Positions 17,095-27,292 of a DNA stretch of 64,000 nt are shown here, in pieces (position 1 is the first letter of the stretch; every line of letters begins with the position of its first letter). Origin of the DNA: Patescibacteria group bacterium. GTDB taxonomy: Bacteria > Patescibacteriota > Patescibacteriia > 2-01-FULL-39-33. The translations under genes and the position numbers were made by a program. Where the stretch lies: the NCBI GenBank assembly GCA_041649575.1, contig JBAZMW010000002.1, forward strand, positions 1,934 through 65,933, in the 5' to 3' direction. Below the pieces are notes generated by a model. The model did not search any database, had not been told where the DNA came from, and worked only from the letters and a program-made list of their open reading frames with translations.

Positions 17095-18237
17095 ATGAGC
17101 AAAATTCTCATTTTTTCCCTGGCCTATCATCCTTTTGTCGGCGGGGCTGAAGTGGCTATCAAGGAAATCACCGAGCGGCTGGCTGGCGAGTTTGAATTTG
17201 AAATGATCACTGCCAATTTGGACGGTCGGCAAAAAGAATTTGAAGAGAATTTTAACGGCCTTAGCAAGATTTATCGTCTTGGCAAAAGAAAATCAGATAA
17301 ATATTTTTTTCCTTGGTTGGCCTGCCGCAAAGCCGTTGAGCTGCACCGGCAGAGTAATTATCAGATGATTTGGGCGATGATGGCCAACCAGGCCGGCTGG
17401 GCCGCTCTGAAATTCAAGAAGAAATTCCCACAAGTTCCATATTTGCTCACTTTGCAGGAAGGGGATAGCGAATGGGATATCTGGCGGCGGACATTTTTGA
17501 TTCGGCCTATTTACAAAGCGATCTACAAAAAAGCTGATTATATTCAGGCTATTAGTAATTTTCTAGCCCAGCGGGCGAAGAATTTGGGAGCTAAGTGTCC
17601 GATAGAAGTGGTGCCGAATGGAATAAGTAACGTCATTGCGAGCGAAGCGAAGCAATCCCATATTTTTAAAAATAAAGATTTAAAGAGAGTTATAACAGTT
17701 TCCAGGTTGGTTAAAAAAAATGGCCTGGAGGATTTAGTAAAAGCCATGGAATTAGTTAATAAAGATTATGACAAGCCAGTCGTTCTAAAAATAATTGGCG
17801 ATGGAGAATTAAAATACAAATTAGAAAAAGCAGTTAATTATTCAAAAATAAAAGACAAAATTGCATTCTTGGGAAAAATAAATAATGAAAAAGTTTATGA
17901 ATATTTGGCTCAAGCCGATATTTTTGTTCGGCCGTCATTGTCTGAAGGGTTGGGTAACGCTTTTTTAGAGGCTATGGCTTGTGGCGTGCCGGTCATTGCC
18001 ACTCCGGTTGGCGGTATTCCCGATTTTTTGAAAGACGGCGAAACTGGCTGGTTTTGCGAGGTAAGAAACCCCAAAAGCATTGCCGAAAAAATAAAGTATA
18101 TTTTTGATGAGGAAAATAAGGAAGAAGTTGACAGGGTGGTCAAAAGTGCCAAAAAGATGGTAGAAGAAAATTATAATTGGGAAAAAATCAGTTTGGACCT
18201 GAAAAAAATTTTTAACCATTTAATAAACCAAGAATGA
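17095..18237 (+). CDS. GT4-family glycosyltransferase.
   Basis: EGLGNAFLEAMACGVPVIATPVGGIPDFLKDGETGWF. GT-B N-terminal half with the LAYHPFVGGAEV motif. Confidence 0.85.
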   Translation: MSKILIFSLAYHPFVGGAEVAIKEITERLAGEFEFEMITANLDGRQKEFEENFNGLSKIYRLGKRKSDKYFFPWLACRKAVELHRQSNYQMIWAMMANQAGWAALKFKKKFPQVPYLLTLQEGDSEWDIWRRTFLIRPIYKAIYKKADYIQAISNFLAQRAKNLGAKCPIEVVPNGISNVIASEAKQSHIFKNKDLKRVITVSRLVKKNGLEDLVKAMELVNKDYDKPVVLKIIGDGELKYKLEKAVNYSKIKDKIAFLGKINNEKVYEYLAQADIFVRPSLSEGLGNAFLEAMACGVPVIATPVGGIPDFLKDGETGWFCEVRNPKSIAEKIKYIFDEENKEEVDRVVKSAKKMVEENYNWEKISLDLKKIFNHLINQE

Positions 18238-19646
18238 GAAAAGAAGTTTTGCTAATTTGTCCTCATTCCGCGCTGGAAATTTTTAAGGAATCGAAAATTA
18301 GCATCGTTATTCCCCATATCCCGTATGTATCACTGGCCAGTTTGGCTGGCGCTCTCTTGGCTGGCGGGCACGGCGTTCATATCTTGGATTTAAGTATTTC
18401 TAAAAACCCCCTGGTTGATTTGGAACAAAAACTAAAAGTTTATCAGCCGGATTTTGTGGGCGTCACTTTTACCACCGGTTTGTGCAGCGAGGCGGCCGCT
18501 ATCGCCAAGAAAGTCAGGGAGCTTTGCGGCCTGGCAAAGTTGATTGCCGGCGGCGCGCACCCGTCGGTTTTTCCGGCCGAGCCGATTGAAAAATACGGTT
18601 TTGATTTTTCGGTTTTTGGCGAAGGCGAGCTTACTTTGTCGGAATTGGTTTCCGGCCGCGATGTTTCTGCCATAGACGGTCTGGCTTATCGCGGGGCCGA
18701 CGGCCAGGTTGTCATTAATTCTCCCCGCGCTCTCATTGGCGATTTGGACGATCTGCCCCCTCCGGCCTATCAGCTTTACAACGCCAAAAATTATCACAGC
18801 CCGAAAGTCGCTTCACGCCGGAGCCCGGTGGCCGCCATTGAGACCAGCCGTGGCTGTCCCTACAGCTGTATTTATTGCAACAAACACATTTTTCAGACAA
18901 AATTTCGTGCCAAGTCGCCCCGACGAGTGGTTGACGAGATGGAAATCCTCTTAAACCTTGGCTACAAGGAAATTCACGTTTGGGACGATTGCTTTTCCGC
19001 TGATTTAAATCACGCTAAAGGCGTTTGCGACGAGATTGTCAGGCGCGGCGTCAAAGTCAACTGGAATGTCTATAATGGCATCAGGGTTGACCGCGTGGAT
19101 GAGGAGTTGCTTTGCAAACTTATGGCCGCGGGCTGCTACCGTCTAAGTTTTGGCATTGAATCGGGCGACCAGGCGGTTTTGAACTTGTCTCAGAAGGGAA
19201 TCACTTTAGAACAAATCAAAAACGCTGTTCGTTTGGCCAACCAAGTCGGCATAGAAACCCTTGGATTTTTTATGGTCGGTTTGCCCGGCGAAACAAAGGA
19301 GACCTTTGAAAAGACCGTTGCCTTGGCCAAAGAATTAGATTTGGATTTGCCCAAAATCGCCATTGCCACGCCACTGCCTGGTACTAAATTTTTCGATGAT
19401 TGGCGGGAAAAGGGTTTGATTAAGTCCTATAATTGGCCCGATTACGTATTGCATACCAAAAAAAGAGTAGCCAGTCATCCCAATATCGGCGATGAAGAAA
19501 TGTTTAAATATTATAATTTATTTTACCGGCAGCTGTATTTACGCCCGAGTTTTATTGCGAAAAGATTTTGGCGAGGACTAAGAACCGGAGAGATATTTTT
19601 TGATATCTATTATTTTTTGAAGGTTTTTATTGGCTTTAAATGGTAA
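18234..19646 (+). CDS. Cobalamin (B12)-binding domain radical SAM protein (class B radical SAM).
   Basis: N-terminal Rossmann-like B12-binding domain (VLLICPHS...GVTFTT...IAGGAHPSVFP). Radical SAM cluster SRGCPYSCIYCNK (CX3CX2C). ATGA overlap with the upstream gene. Confidence 0.85.
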   Translation: MRKEVLLICPHSALEIFKESKISIVIPHIPYVSLASLAGALLAGGHGVHILDLSISKNPLVDLEQKLKVYQPDFVGVTFTTGLCSEAAAIAKKVRELCGLAKLIAGGAHPSVFPAEPIEKYGFDFSVFGEGELTLSELVSGRDVSAIDGLAYRGADGQVVINSPRALIGDLDDLPPPAYQLYNAKNYHSPKVASRRSPVAAIETSRGCPYSCIYCNKHIFQTKFRAKSPRRVVDEMEILLNLGYKEIHVWDDCFSADLNHAKGVCDEIVRRGVKVNWNVYNGIRVDRVDEELLCKLMAAGCYRLSFGIESGDQAVLNLSQKGITLEQIKNAVRLANQVGIETLGFFMVGLPGETKETFEKTVALAKELDLDLPKIAIATPLPGTKFFDDWREKGLIKSYNWPDYVLHTKKRVASHPNIGDEEMFKYYNLFYRQLYLRPSFIAKRFWRGLRTGEIFFDIYYFLKVFIGFKW

Positions 19647-19666
19647 AAGTATAAATTCATTCTACC

Positions 19667-21067
19667 GTGATGTTAAAGTTTTTTAAAAAATATAAAATAG
19701 AAATCATCTTATTGGTGGTTTCTCTTTTGGCCCATTTCTTTTTCTTTTTTTTGTTGTTGCACAACTACGGCCATAATTTTCCCTACGACACCAATGAAGA
19801 TGCGGCGGAATTTTTTACTATTAGTAAAAACATTTATTTTCATGGGGCTTTTTCCAGCGAGCCGGAGCTGATACAATATCCAAACAGTTTGCGTACCCCG
19901 CTTTACCCGGCTTATTTGGCTGGCTTCAATATTTTCACAACCAGTCCTTTATTGCCGATAATTCTACAAAATATTCTGGCCGCTTTGGCCGTGGTTTTGG
20001 TTTATCGCCTGGGTCTGTTGGTAGTAAAAAACAAAACCATCAGCTGGCTGGCCGCTTTGTTGTTTGCCCTCGACCCGCTTGCTAATTATTGGGCCAATAT
20101 CACCGAGCCGGATACCTTGCTGGTAGTGGCGACTCTGGTGGTTTTGGTTTCATTTTTCAAGTTTCGCGACAGCGGCCAGTTAAAATTTCTGGCCCTCACT
20201 AGTTTGTTCTTGGGTCTGTCGATTTTAATCAAACCGGTGGCGCTTTATTTCCCCATTTTCTTTGTCCTGATGATTATCGGGGACGCGTTTTTTAAAAAAC
20301 AGCTGCCAAAAGGAATCAAATGGTCGGCGATTTTTTTGGCGATTACATTTTTGGTGGTCGCGCCGTGGCTGGGGCGCAATTATTCAAGGTTCGGCGTTTT
20401 CTCTGTTTCGTCTATTTCCGGTTACAATCTCTATAGTTACGCCGCTGTCGTTGGTCCTTACCCGCAAGAGGTAAAAGATTATTTAGTGGAGGTGAAAGAA
20501 AAATACGGCCAGTTTGGCCAGAATCGTAATGGCGAGCGCGATCTGCGGGCGCAAAAAAAATTCAAAGCATTGGCGGTCAAAATAATTATGGCCAATCCGA
20601 TCGTTTATGCCAAGGCGCATGTCCTGGGCATGGCCAGATTTTTTTTGGACGACGGTCATAAGGAAATTTTTTACAACCGGCACTACAGGGCGATGCTGAT
20701 TTATAATACGCCCGAGCCGACTGACAAGCCGGATATCACCGGTGAATTTAAAAAAGGCAATTTCGGCGTCATCTGGACCACGATAAAAACCGCCAATTGT
20801 TATACGGTAATCTATTTTATTTCCAAATTAATTTATTTTTTGGCCTATCTCCTGATTCTTTTCGGCTTGATAACTTCTGGCCGGCGTGACAAAAAAATGT
20901 TTGGCGCCTTTTTATTTTTACTGTCGTTGGCCTTTTTCATTGCTTTGGCGGCCGGGCCTTATGGTCCGTCTGTTCGTTATCGTTTGCCGGTTCTGCCCGG
21001 TCTGCTCTTGGTGATGGTCTATGGTTTTATGAGTTTGAAAAAAATCAAGAATCCAACAATAAAATAA
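19667..21067 (+). CDS. GT-C-fold membrane glycosyltransferase (PMT_2 / ArnT-like).
   Basis: About 11 TM helices. N-terminal loop FPYDTNEDAAEFFTISKNIYFHG...LRTPLYPAYLAGF typical of GT39/GT83 relatives. Confidence 0.6.
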   Translation: MMLKFFKKYKIEIILLVVSLLAHFFFFFLLLHNYGHNFPYDTNEDAAEFFTISKNIYFHGAFSSEPELIQYPNSLRTPLYPAYLAGFNIFTTSPLLPIILQNILAALAVVLVYRLGLLVVKNKTISWLAALLFALDPLANYWANITEPDTLLVVATLVVLVSFFKFRDSGQLKFLALTSLFLGLSILIKPVALYFPIFFVLMIIGDAFFKKQLPKGIKWSAIFLAITFLVVAPWLGRNYSRFGVFSVSSISGYNLYSYAAVVGPYPQEVKDYLVEVKEKYGQFGQNRNGERDLRAQKKFKALAVKIIMANPIVYAKAHVLGMARFFLDDGHKEIFYNRHYRAMLIYNTPEPTDKPDITGEFKKGNFGVIWTTIKTANCYTVIYFISKLIYFLAYLLILFGLITSGRRDKKMFGAFLFLLSLAFFIALAAGPYGPSVRYRLPVLPGLLLVMVYGFMSLKKIKNPTIK

Positions 21068-21097
21068 TCGTCTCTAAACTAAAAATATTTTCCGATT

Positions 21098-22525
21098 ATG
21101 TCTGGTCAGGTTGAAGAAAAATTTATTATTTTAGGTGCTGGGCCGGCGGGTCTGGCGGCTGGTTATGAGTTGGCAAAAAACGGTAAAAAAGTTGTTTTGA
21201 TCGAAAAAGACGACGGCGTCGGCGGATTAAGCCGGACCAAAAAATATCAGGGTCATTATTTTGATTTAGGCCCTCATCGTTTTTTCACCAAGAATAATGA
21301 AGTGGAATCACTCTGGCGGGCTTTATTGGGCAATGACTTTTTGGAATTGCCGCGTTTGACACGGATTTACTACAAAAAAAATTTTTATCATTATCCGCTT
21401 CAGCCGGTGGACGCTTTGTATAAACTGGGATTAGTCAGGTCGGTCTGGGTGATCGGCAGCCTGCTCAAGACAAAATTCAAAAACTTATTTTTTAGAAAAC
21501 CAGAGGCGAGCTTCGAAGATTGGGTGACTAATCGTTTCGGCAGTAAATTATTTTCTATATTTTTTAAGAGCTATACCGAAAAGTTATGGGGCATCAGCAC
21601 TCGTGATTTAGGAGCGGATTGGGCAGTCCAGCGGATCAAAAACCTATCATTAATTTCAGCGATTAAAAATGCCATTTTTGGCGATGAACACGGTAAAGTA
21701 AAGTCGCTGATTGAGAGATTTAATTATCCAAAGCGTGGCGCTGGTATGATGTATGAAAAAATGGCCGAGAATATCAAAAAATTGGGCGGAGAAATTATTT
21801 ATAATGCTAACGTCAAAAACATTTTACATGACGAAGACAAAGTCAGTGGCGTGATAATCGAGGATCAGAGCGGTGAGCGCCAAGTCGCCGGTGATTACAT
21901 CATTTCCAGTTTGGCGCTAAACGACATGATTAGAGCACTGTCTCCCTTGGCTCCGGAAAATGTTTTACGCGCGGCCGAAAATTTACGCTTTCGCTCGTTG
22001 GTCATTGTCTATTTGGTGGTCGAAGCGTCACAAGTCTTCCCGGATAACTGGGTTTATGTTCATGAGCCGGATTTAAAGGTTACCCGCGTCCAAGACACGA
22101 GCAGTTTTGGCCCATACCTGTCCGAGAATAAAAACCAAACCATGGTTTGCTTGGAGTATGCTTGCTGGTCTGGTGATGCCCTGTGGAGCCAGTCTGACGA
22201 TGAGTTGGTGGAAATGGGCAAAAGAGACATCGCTGCCATGGGGCTTTTGGGCGGCTCAAGGATTTTGGACGGTTTGGTCGGACGCATCCCTTATGCTTAT
22301 CCGGTTTATGCTTTCAATTACGAAGATAATTTGAAAATAATTTTTGATTATTTAGGCCAGTTTAAAAATTTTCAAACCGTCGGCCGGTCTGGCTTATTCC
22401 ACTACAACAACATGGACCACTCCATTTTGACTGGCATTTTCGCCGCCAGGAATTTCATGGGCTCAAACTACGATGTCTACAAAGTCAATGCCGAAGCCGA
22501 TTATCACGAATGCAAATTACCATAA
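21098..22525 (+). CDS. FAD-dependent oxidoreductase (amine-oxidase / protoporphyrinogen-oxidase-like; possible UDP-galactopyranose-mutase relative).
   Basis: ILGAGPAGLAAGYELAKNGKKVVLIEKDDGVGGLSRT dinucleotide-binding motif, then GPHRFFT. 475 aa. Confidence 0.65.
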   Translation: MSGQVEEKFIILGAGPAGLAAGYELAKNGKKVVLIEKDDGVGGLSRTKKYQGHYFDLGPHRFFTKNNEVESLWRALLGNDFLELPRLTRIYYKKNFYHYPLQPVDALYKLGLVRSVWVIGSLLKTKFKNLFFRKPEASFEDWVTNRFGSKLFSIFFKSYTEKLWGISTRDLGADWAVQRIKNLSLISAIKNAIFGDEHGKVKSLIERFNYPKRGAGMMYEKMAENIKKLGGEIIYNANVKNILHDEDKVSGVIIEDQSGERQVAGDYIISSLALNDMIRALSPLAPENVLRAAENLRFRSLVIVYLVVEASQVFPDNWVYVHEPDLKVTRVQDTSSFGPYLSENKNQTMVCLEYACWSGDALWSQSDDELVEMGKRDIAAMGLLGGSRILDGLVGRIPYAYPVYAFNYEDNLKIIFDYLGQFKNFQTVGRSGLFHYNNMDHSILTGIFAARNFMGSNYDVYKVNAEADYHECKLP

Positions 22526-23265
22526 ATATGGATCAAAAAAAAGCTGGTATAAATTTTAAAAAAGGCAAATTGGTCTCTGGTGTTATTTATCCTTCGTTTT
22601 TTCCCATTACCAAAGAAGACCTGGTGCTTAATATTGGTTGCGGCGATGGAGTGCAGGCCGTGGTTTATGGCGGTAATTTCAAGGAAATGGTTGGCGTTGA
22701 TATTAACGAGAAAAGTTTGGCCACAGCCGTGGCAGTGATGGATTATTATGGTATAAAAAATTTCAAATCGATCGGTGGTAATGTCGAAAAAATTCCGCTT
22801 AACGATCGGTTTGATAAGGCAATAGCCATCGACATTATTGAACACGTTATTCATCCAGAAAAAGTAATTGGAGAAATAAGAAGATTGCTTAAGGATAATG
22901 GGCGGCTACTGATGACCTTTCCAGCCATGCATGATAAATGGGAGCGTTTCTTCCGTTTGGTGGGTCAAAAGATTCTGCGGCGCCGGAGCCAGGCCGCCAG
23001 CAAAAACGGCTGGAACCCGGATCGGCACCAACATGATTATTCGCTCAAGAAATGGCTGAAATTGCTCCAGCACGGCGGTTTTAAATTGGTGAAGTCGCGC
23101 GCCAGCACCATGTGGCCGCCGCTGCATTATTTGGGTCTGCCAAAATTTTGGTTTTCCAGTAAAATTATCAGAACAATTGATGGGTTCTTTTGCCGGTTGC
23201 CAATTGTTAAAAATTTCGGTCAAGCATTGGTTTGCGAATTCATAAAAGACAACAAACATGAATAA
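22510..23265 (+). CDS. Class I SAM-dependent methyltransferase (Methyltransf_11-like).
   Basis: LNIGCGDGVQAV (motif I). IAIDIIEHVIHPEKVIGEIRRLLKDNGRLLMTFP (motif II / post II). Confidence 0.75.
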   Translation: MQITINMDQKKAGINFKKGKLVSGVIYPSFFPITKEDLVLNIGCGDGVQAVVYGGNFKEMVGVDINEKSLATAVAVMDYYGIKNFKSIGGNVEKIPLNDRFDKAIAIDIIEHVIHPEKVIGEIRRLLKDNGRLLMTFPAMHDKWERFFRLVGQKILRRRSQAASKNGWNPDRHQHDYSLKKWLKLLQHGGFKLVKSRASTMWPPLHYLGLPKFWFSSKIIRTIDGFFCRLPIVKNFGQALVCEFIKDNKHE

Positions 23266-24418
23266 GTTGAAAAAACAAAATCAGAGCATTATCATTGCCG
23301 CTGATATTTTTCCGCCGGACATCGGCGGCCCGGCAACCTATAGTCAAAAAGTTGCCGCCGAATTAAAAAACAAAGGCTGGCAAGTCAAATTAATTTGCTA
23401 TAGTGATAAAAAGATTAAGGATGATCTCGGTTTTCCGGTTTATAGGATTATTCGAGGCAAATTTGCGCCTTGGCGCTATCTAAAATACTTTTTAAAGTTA
23501 TGCCAACTGGCTAGAGGCGTTGACATAATTTACGCCATGGGTCCGGTGGCCGCTGGCTGGCCGGCGTCTTGGGCGGCCAAATTACTAGGCAAGAAGCTTG
23601 TTGTAAAGATAGTCGGCGATTATGCCTGGGAGCAGGCCAGAAATTTGAAGTTGACGGATTTGGGCATAGATGAGTTTCAGACGAAAGACTGGCATGGCAA
23701 AACTGGTCGGTTGAAAAGAATTGAGACCCGTGTTTGTTTCAAGGCCGATAAAGTTATTACCCCGAGTGAGTATTTGAAAAAAATTGTGAAAGGCTGGAGC
23801 GTAGAAGAAAATAAAATTCAAGTGATTTATAATGCTATTGAATTAAAAACCGTTGAGCCGATATTAAAACAGGAAAATGAAAGGTGGTTGATTTCTGTGG
23901 CTCGTTTAGTTCCCTGGAAAGGAATTGATACAATAATTAAATTAATGCCAGAGATAATAAAAGAAATACCAAACTTGAAATTTATAGTTATTGGTGATGG
24001 GCCGGAAAAACCAAAACTTCAAGAGATTATCCACTCTTTTGGATTAGAAAACAGCGTCAGATTGATGGGTTTAATGACTCATGGGGATACTTTAAAATAT
24101 ATTTGCGCCAGTGACTTGTTTATTCTAAATAGCGGCTATGAAGGATTACCTCACGTTTTAATAGAGGCTTTATCGTGCAACGTGCCTGTTGTCGCTAGTG
24201 ATGTGGGTGGCGTTTCCGAGGTTATATATTGTAATGAACTTGGGTTAATTTTCAAATATAATAATGAAAGAGAAATTTTGAAAGTAATTTTAGACTTTTT
24301 TAAAACAGGAGCCAAAAGTGATTGGTTATTAAAATCAAAAGAAAGGACTTCTTTCTTTGAACAATTTTCTTTCCCCAATATGATAAATAAAACCGAAGAA
24401 TTATTAAAAAATTTATGA
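23258..24418 (+). CDS. GT4-family glycosyltransferase.
   Basis: EGLPHVLIEALSCNVPVVASDVGGVSEVI. 8-nt overlap with the upstream gene. Confidence 0.85.
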   Translation: MNKLKKQNQSIIIAADIFPPDIGGPATYSQKVAAELKNKGWQVKLICYSDKKIKDDLGFPVYRIIRGKFAPWRYLKYFLKLCQLARGVDIIYAMGPVAAGWPASWAAKLLGKKLVVKIVGDYAWEQARNLKLTDLGIDEFQTKDWHGKTGRLKRIETRVCFKADKVITPSEYLKKIVKGWSVEENKIQVIYNAIELKTVEPILKQENERWLISVARLVPWKGIDTIIKLMPEIIKEIPNLKFIVIGDGPEKPKLQEIIHSFGLENSVRLMGLMTHGDTLKYICASDLFILNSGYEGLPHVLIEALSCNVPVVASDVGGVSEVIYCNELGLIFKYNNEREILKVILDFFKTGAKSDWLLKSKERTSFFEQFSFPNMINKTEELLKNL

Positions 24419-25530
24419 AAGTTTTGATGATTTCCATTGACAAGGGACTGCTGGGTCGCGGCCAGCTCGGCGATGTGGTTGAGCGCCATCGTAGATATGG
24501 CGAATTTTGTGAGCGTCTGGACATTATCGTCTTGAGTCAGCCCGGTTTTGTAAATTATCAAATTTCCGACAAGGTCATGGTTTATCCGACTAACTCGAAA
24601 AAAAAATGGAAATATTTTTTTGATGCCAAACGGATTGGCCGGGGATTGTTCAGGCAGACCAGTTATGATTTAGTGGTGACCCAGGAGCCATTTTTAACCG
24701 GTTTAGTCGGTGTTGGTTTAAAAAAGAAATTTAGCAGTAAACTGTTGGTTCATTTTCATGGCGATTTTGTCGGTCTGCCTTTATTATTTGCCAAATTATT
24801 CGTGTTGCCGAAAGCCGATGGAATCAGAGTAATGAGCGAGGGACAAAAAGAAAAGTTGATCAGAGCGGGGATTAGTGAAAAAAGAATCAGGGTTATTTCC
24901 ACGCCGGTTGATTTAATGAAGTTTGAAACTTATGGAGAGAAAGCGTCAGAAGAAGAATTGTTGAGGAATTTAACCGTATCAGCGAGAGAAATTAAGTTTG
25001 TTTTAATGGTCGGCCGTAAAGATCTGGTTAAAGATTTTGATACTTTATTTAAGGCAATGAACTTAGTTTATGAAAAACATCCAGAGACTGGGTTGTGGCT
25101 GGTAGGCAATTACACTAACTATAGCGAGGTCAAACAACGACTAAACTTACCAGCGGATAAAATAATATTTACCAGCAGAGTCAGCTCTAATGATTTAGCA
25201 GCTTATTATAAAATAGCTTATCTGACTGTTTTATCATCAATATCGGAAAGTTTCGGCAAAGTTTTAATCGAGGCTAATGCTTGCGGCAAGCCGGTGGTTT
25301 CTACCGCCACAACCGGCGCCAAGGAGATTATTAAAGACGGTGAAAATGGCTTTTTGGTGCCCATTAAAGATTGCAAAGGGTTGGCTAAAAAAATTATTTA
25401 TTTATTGGAAAATCCGGAGGTTGCCAAACAAATGGGAGAAAAGGGGAGGACGATGGTCAAAGAAAAATTTAGCGACAACACCGGTAAAATCATTCAATTT
25501 TGGAATAATATAATTAATAATAAACTATGA
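24415..25530 (+). CDS. GT4-family glycosyltransferase.
   Basis: ESFGKVLIEANACGKPVVSTATTGAKEIIKDGENGFLVP. ATGA overlap. Confidence 0.8.
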   Translation: MKVLMISIDKGLLGRGQLGDVVERHRRYGEFCERLDIIVLSQPGFVNYQISDKVMVYPTNSKKKWKYFFDAKRIGRGLFRQTSYDLVVTQEPFLTGLVGVGLKKKFSSKLLVHFHGDFVGLPLLFAKLFVLPKADGIRVMSEGQKEKLIRAGISEKRIRVISTPVDLMKFETYGEKASEEELLRNLTVSAREIKFVLMVGRKDLVKDFDTLFKAMNLVYEKHPETGLWLVGNYTNYSEVKQRLNLPADKIIFTSRVSSNDLAAYYKIAYLTVLSSISESFGKVLIEANACGKPVVSTATTGAKEIIKDGENGFLVPIKDCKGLAKKIIYLLENPEVAKQMGEKGRTMVKEKFSDNTGKIIQFWNNIINNKL

Positions 25531-26234
25531 ATAAGGTTTTTGTTTCTATTGCCACTTACAACGAAAAAGAGAATATTGAGAATTTAGTCAGGCAAATTTT
25601 TAGCCAGCAGGTTGACAATCTGTCTATCGTTGTAATTGACGACAATTCGCCCGATGGCACGGCGCAGATTATCACTGGTTTAAAACAAGAATTTTCCGGC
25701 CTGAATCTGATTAAGCGTTCCGGCAAACTGGGCTATGGCAGCGCTCATATCGCCGGTTTCAAAAAAGCGATGGCCGAGGGGGCGGATATTATTGTTTCTA
25801 TGGATGCCGATTTTTCCCATCAGCCAGAAAAAATTCCGGAGCTGGTGGCAGCTATTAGAAGTGGCAACGACGTGGCTGTCGGTTCAAGAAAAATTAAAGG
25901 CGGAGAGGTTGTCGGCTGGGGCTGGTGGCGAAAATTTTGCAGCACCGGCGCCATGATGGCTTCTCAAGTTATCTTAGGCATCAAGACGCGCGATCTGACC
26001 AGCGGCTTCAGGGCCTATAAAAGAGAGGTTTTTGACCGGGTTGATTTGGACGGGATCAAAAGCGACGGCTATTCCTTTTTGGAAGAATTGATTTATTTGA
26101 TTGAAAAACAGGGCTTTTCAATCAAAGAGATTCCCATTATTTTTCATGATCGTCGCTTGGGCCATTCAAAATTATCAAAAAAAGAAATAGTAAAATTTTT
26201 TGTTACCATTTTCAGAATTAAATTTGGCAAATGA
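25527..26234 (+). CDS. GT2 polyprenol-phosphate glycosyltransferase (Dpm1 / Ppm1-like, soluble form).
   Basis: VSIATYNEKENIENL...VIDDNSPDGT...MDADFSH (the DAD motif)...SRKIKGGEVVGWGWWR, characteristic of the dolichol-P-mannose synthase family. ATGA overlap. Confidence 0.85.
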   Translation: MNKVFVSIATYNEKENIENLVRQIFSQQVDNLSIVVIDDNSPDGTAQIITGLKQEFSGLNLIKRSGKLGYGSAHIAGFKKAMAEGADIIVSMDADFSHQPEKIPELVAAIRSGNDVAVGSRKIKGGEVVGWGWWRKFCSTGAMMASQVILGIKTRDLTSGFRAYKREVFDRVDLDGIKSDGYSFLEELIYLIEKQGFSIKEIPIIFHDRRLGHSKLSKKEIVKFFVTIFRIKFGK

Positions 26235-27292
26235 AACTATTAATGATTACCAGAAAAGTCGATCCCCACGACGCCTTAGCCGGCTTTACTTTTAATTGGG
26301 TAAAAAAAATCGGGGAGAATCTGGACGAACTCTATGTGATTTCTTGGCAAAAAGGGGACAGGGGAGACTTGCCGGCCAAAATCAAAACCATTTTTTTACC
26401 TGACAATAAATTGAAAAAGGTGTTGGTTTTAGAAAAAGAGTTATTTAAAATCTTACCAAAAGTTAGTGGCGTTTTCTGCCACATGAATCCAGAGTATACA
26501 ATTCTAGCGGCGTTTTTGGCCAAGATTTTTAGAAAAAAAATTGTTAGTTGGTACACGCACAAGACCGTCAGCTGGAGAAGGAGACTGGTAGAAGTTTTTG
26601 CTGACAAAATTTTAACTGCCTCAAAGGAAAGCTTTAGAGACCTTTGGTTTAAGGATAAAGTCGAGGTGACAGGACACGGAATTGATTTGGATGTTTTTAA
26701 CAATATTGATTCTTACCATGGTTATGATGGTATTTTTCACATCATCACTGTTGGCCGGATTTCGCCGACCAAAAATTATGAGTCAATGATTAAAGCGATG
26801 ACCGAATTAAAAACTGAACCAGCGAGATTAATAATTGTCGGCGATGCGATTTTACCTTCGCAAATTCAATACTTAAAATCTTTAAATGAGATGGTAAAAA
26901 GGTTAAAGCTTGATTTTACAATCGATTCGAAAAATTATTCAAAAATATCTTTTGCTGGTTGGATTTCTAATCGTAAAATTCCCAATAGTTTGAAAACAAC
27001 TGATTTATTTATAAATTTAAGCGGTACTGGCAGCTTAGATAAGGCAGTTTTGGAAGCCATGGCTTGTGGTTGCTTGGTTTTAACCTCCAATGAAGCGTTT
27101 AAAGATATTCTGCCCCCAGAATTAATGGTGGAAAAAAGCAATCCTCAAAAGTTGGCCGAAAAAATAAAGTGGCTGATGAATTTGCCAGCTGAGAGAAAAG
27201 CTGGGCTAAGACAACAATTACGGGACGAGGTTGTCAAAAACCATAACTTGGACGATTTAGTAAAAAAAATTGTGGCTCAATTTTATGCGTAA
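26231..27292 (+). CDS. GT4-like glycosyltransferase (divergent).
   Basis: C-terminal GSLDKAVLEAMACGCLVLTSNEAF. GT-B architecture. Confidence 0.6.
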   Translation: MKLLMITRKVDPHDALAGFTFNWVKKIGENLDELYVISWQKGDRGDLPAKIKTIFLPDNKLKKVLVLEKELFKILPKVSGVFCHMNPEYTILAAFLAKIFRKKIVSWYTHKTVSWRRRLVEVFADKILTASKESFRDLWFKDKVEVTGHGIDLDVFNNIDSYHGYDGIFHIITVGRISPTKNYESMIKAMTELKTEPARLIIVGDAILPSQIQYLKSLNEMVKRLKLDFTIDSKNYSKISFAGWISNRKIPNSLKTTDLFINLSGTGSLDKAVLEAMACGCLVLTSNEAFKDILPPELMVEKSNPQKLAEKIKWLMNLPAERKAGLRQQLRDEVVKNHNLDDLVKKIVAQFYA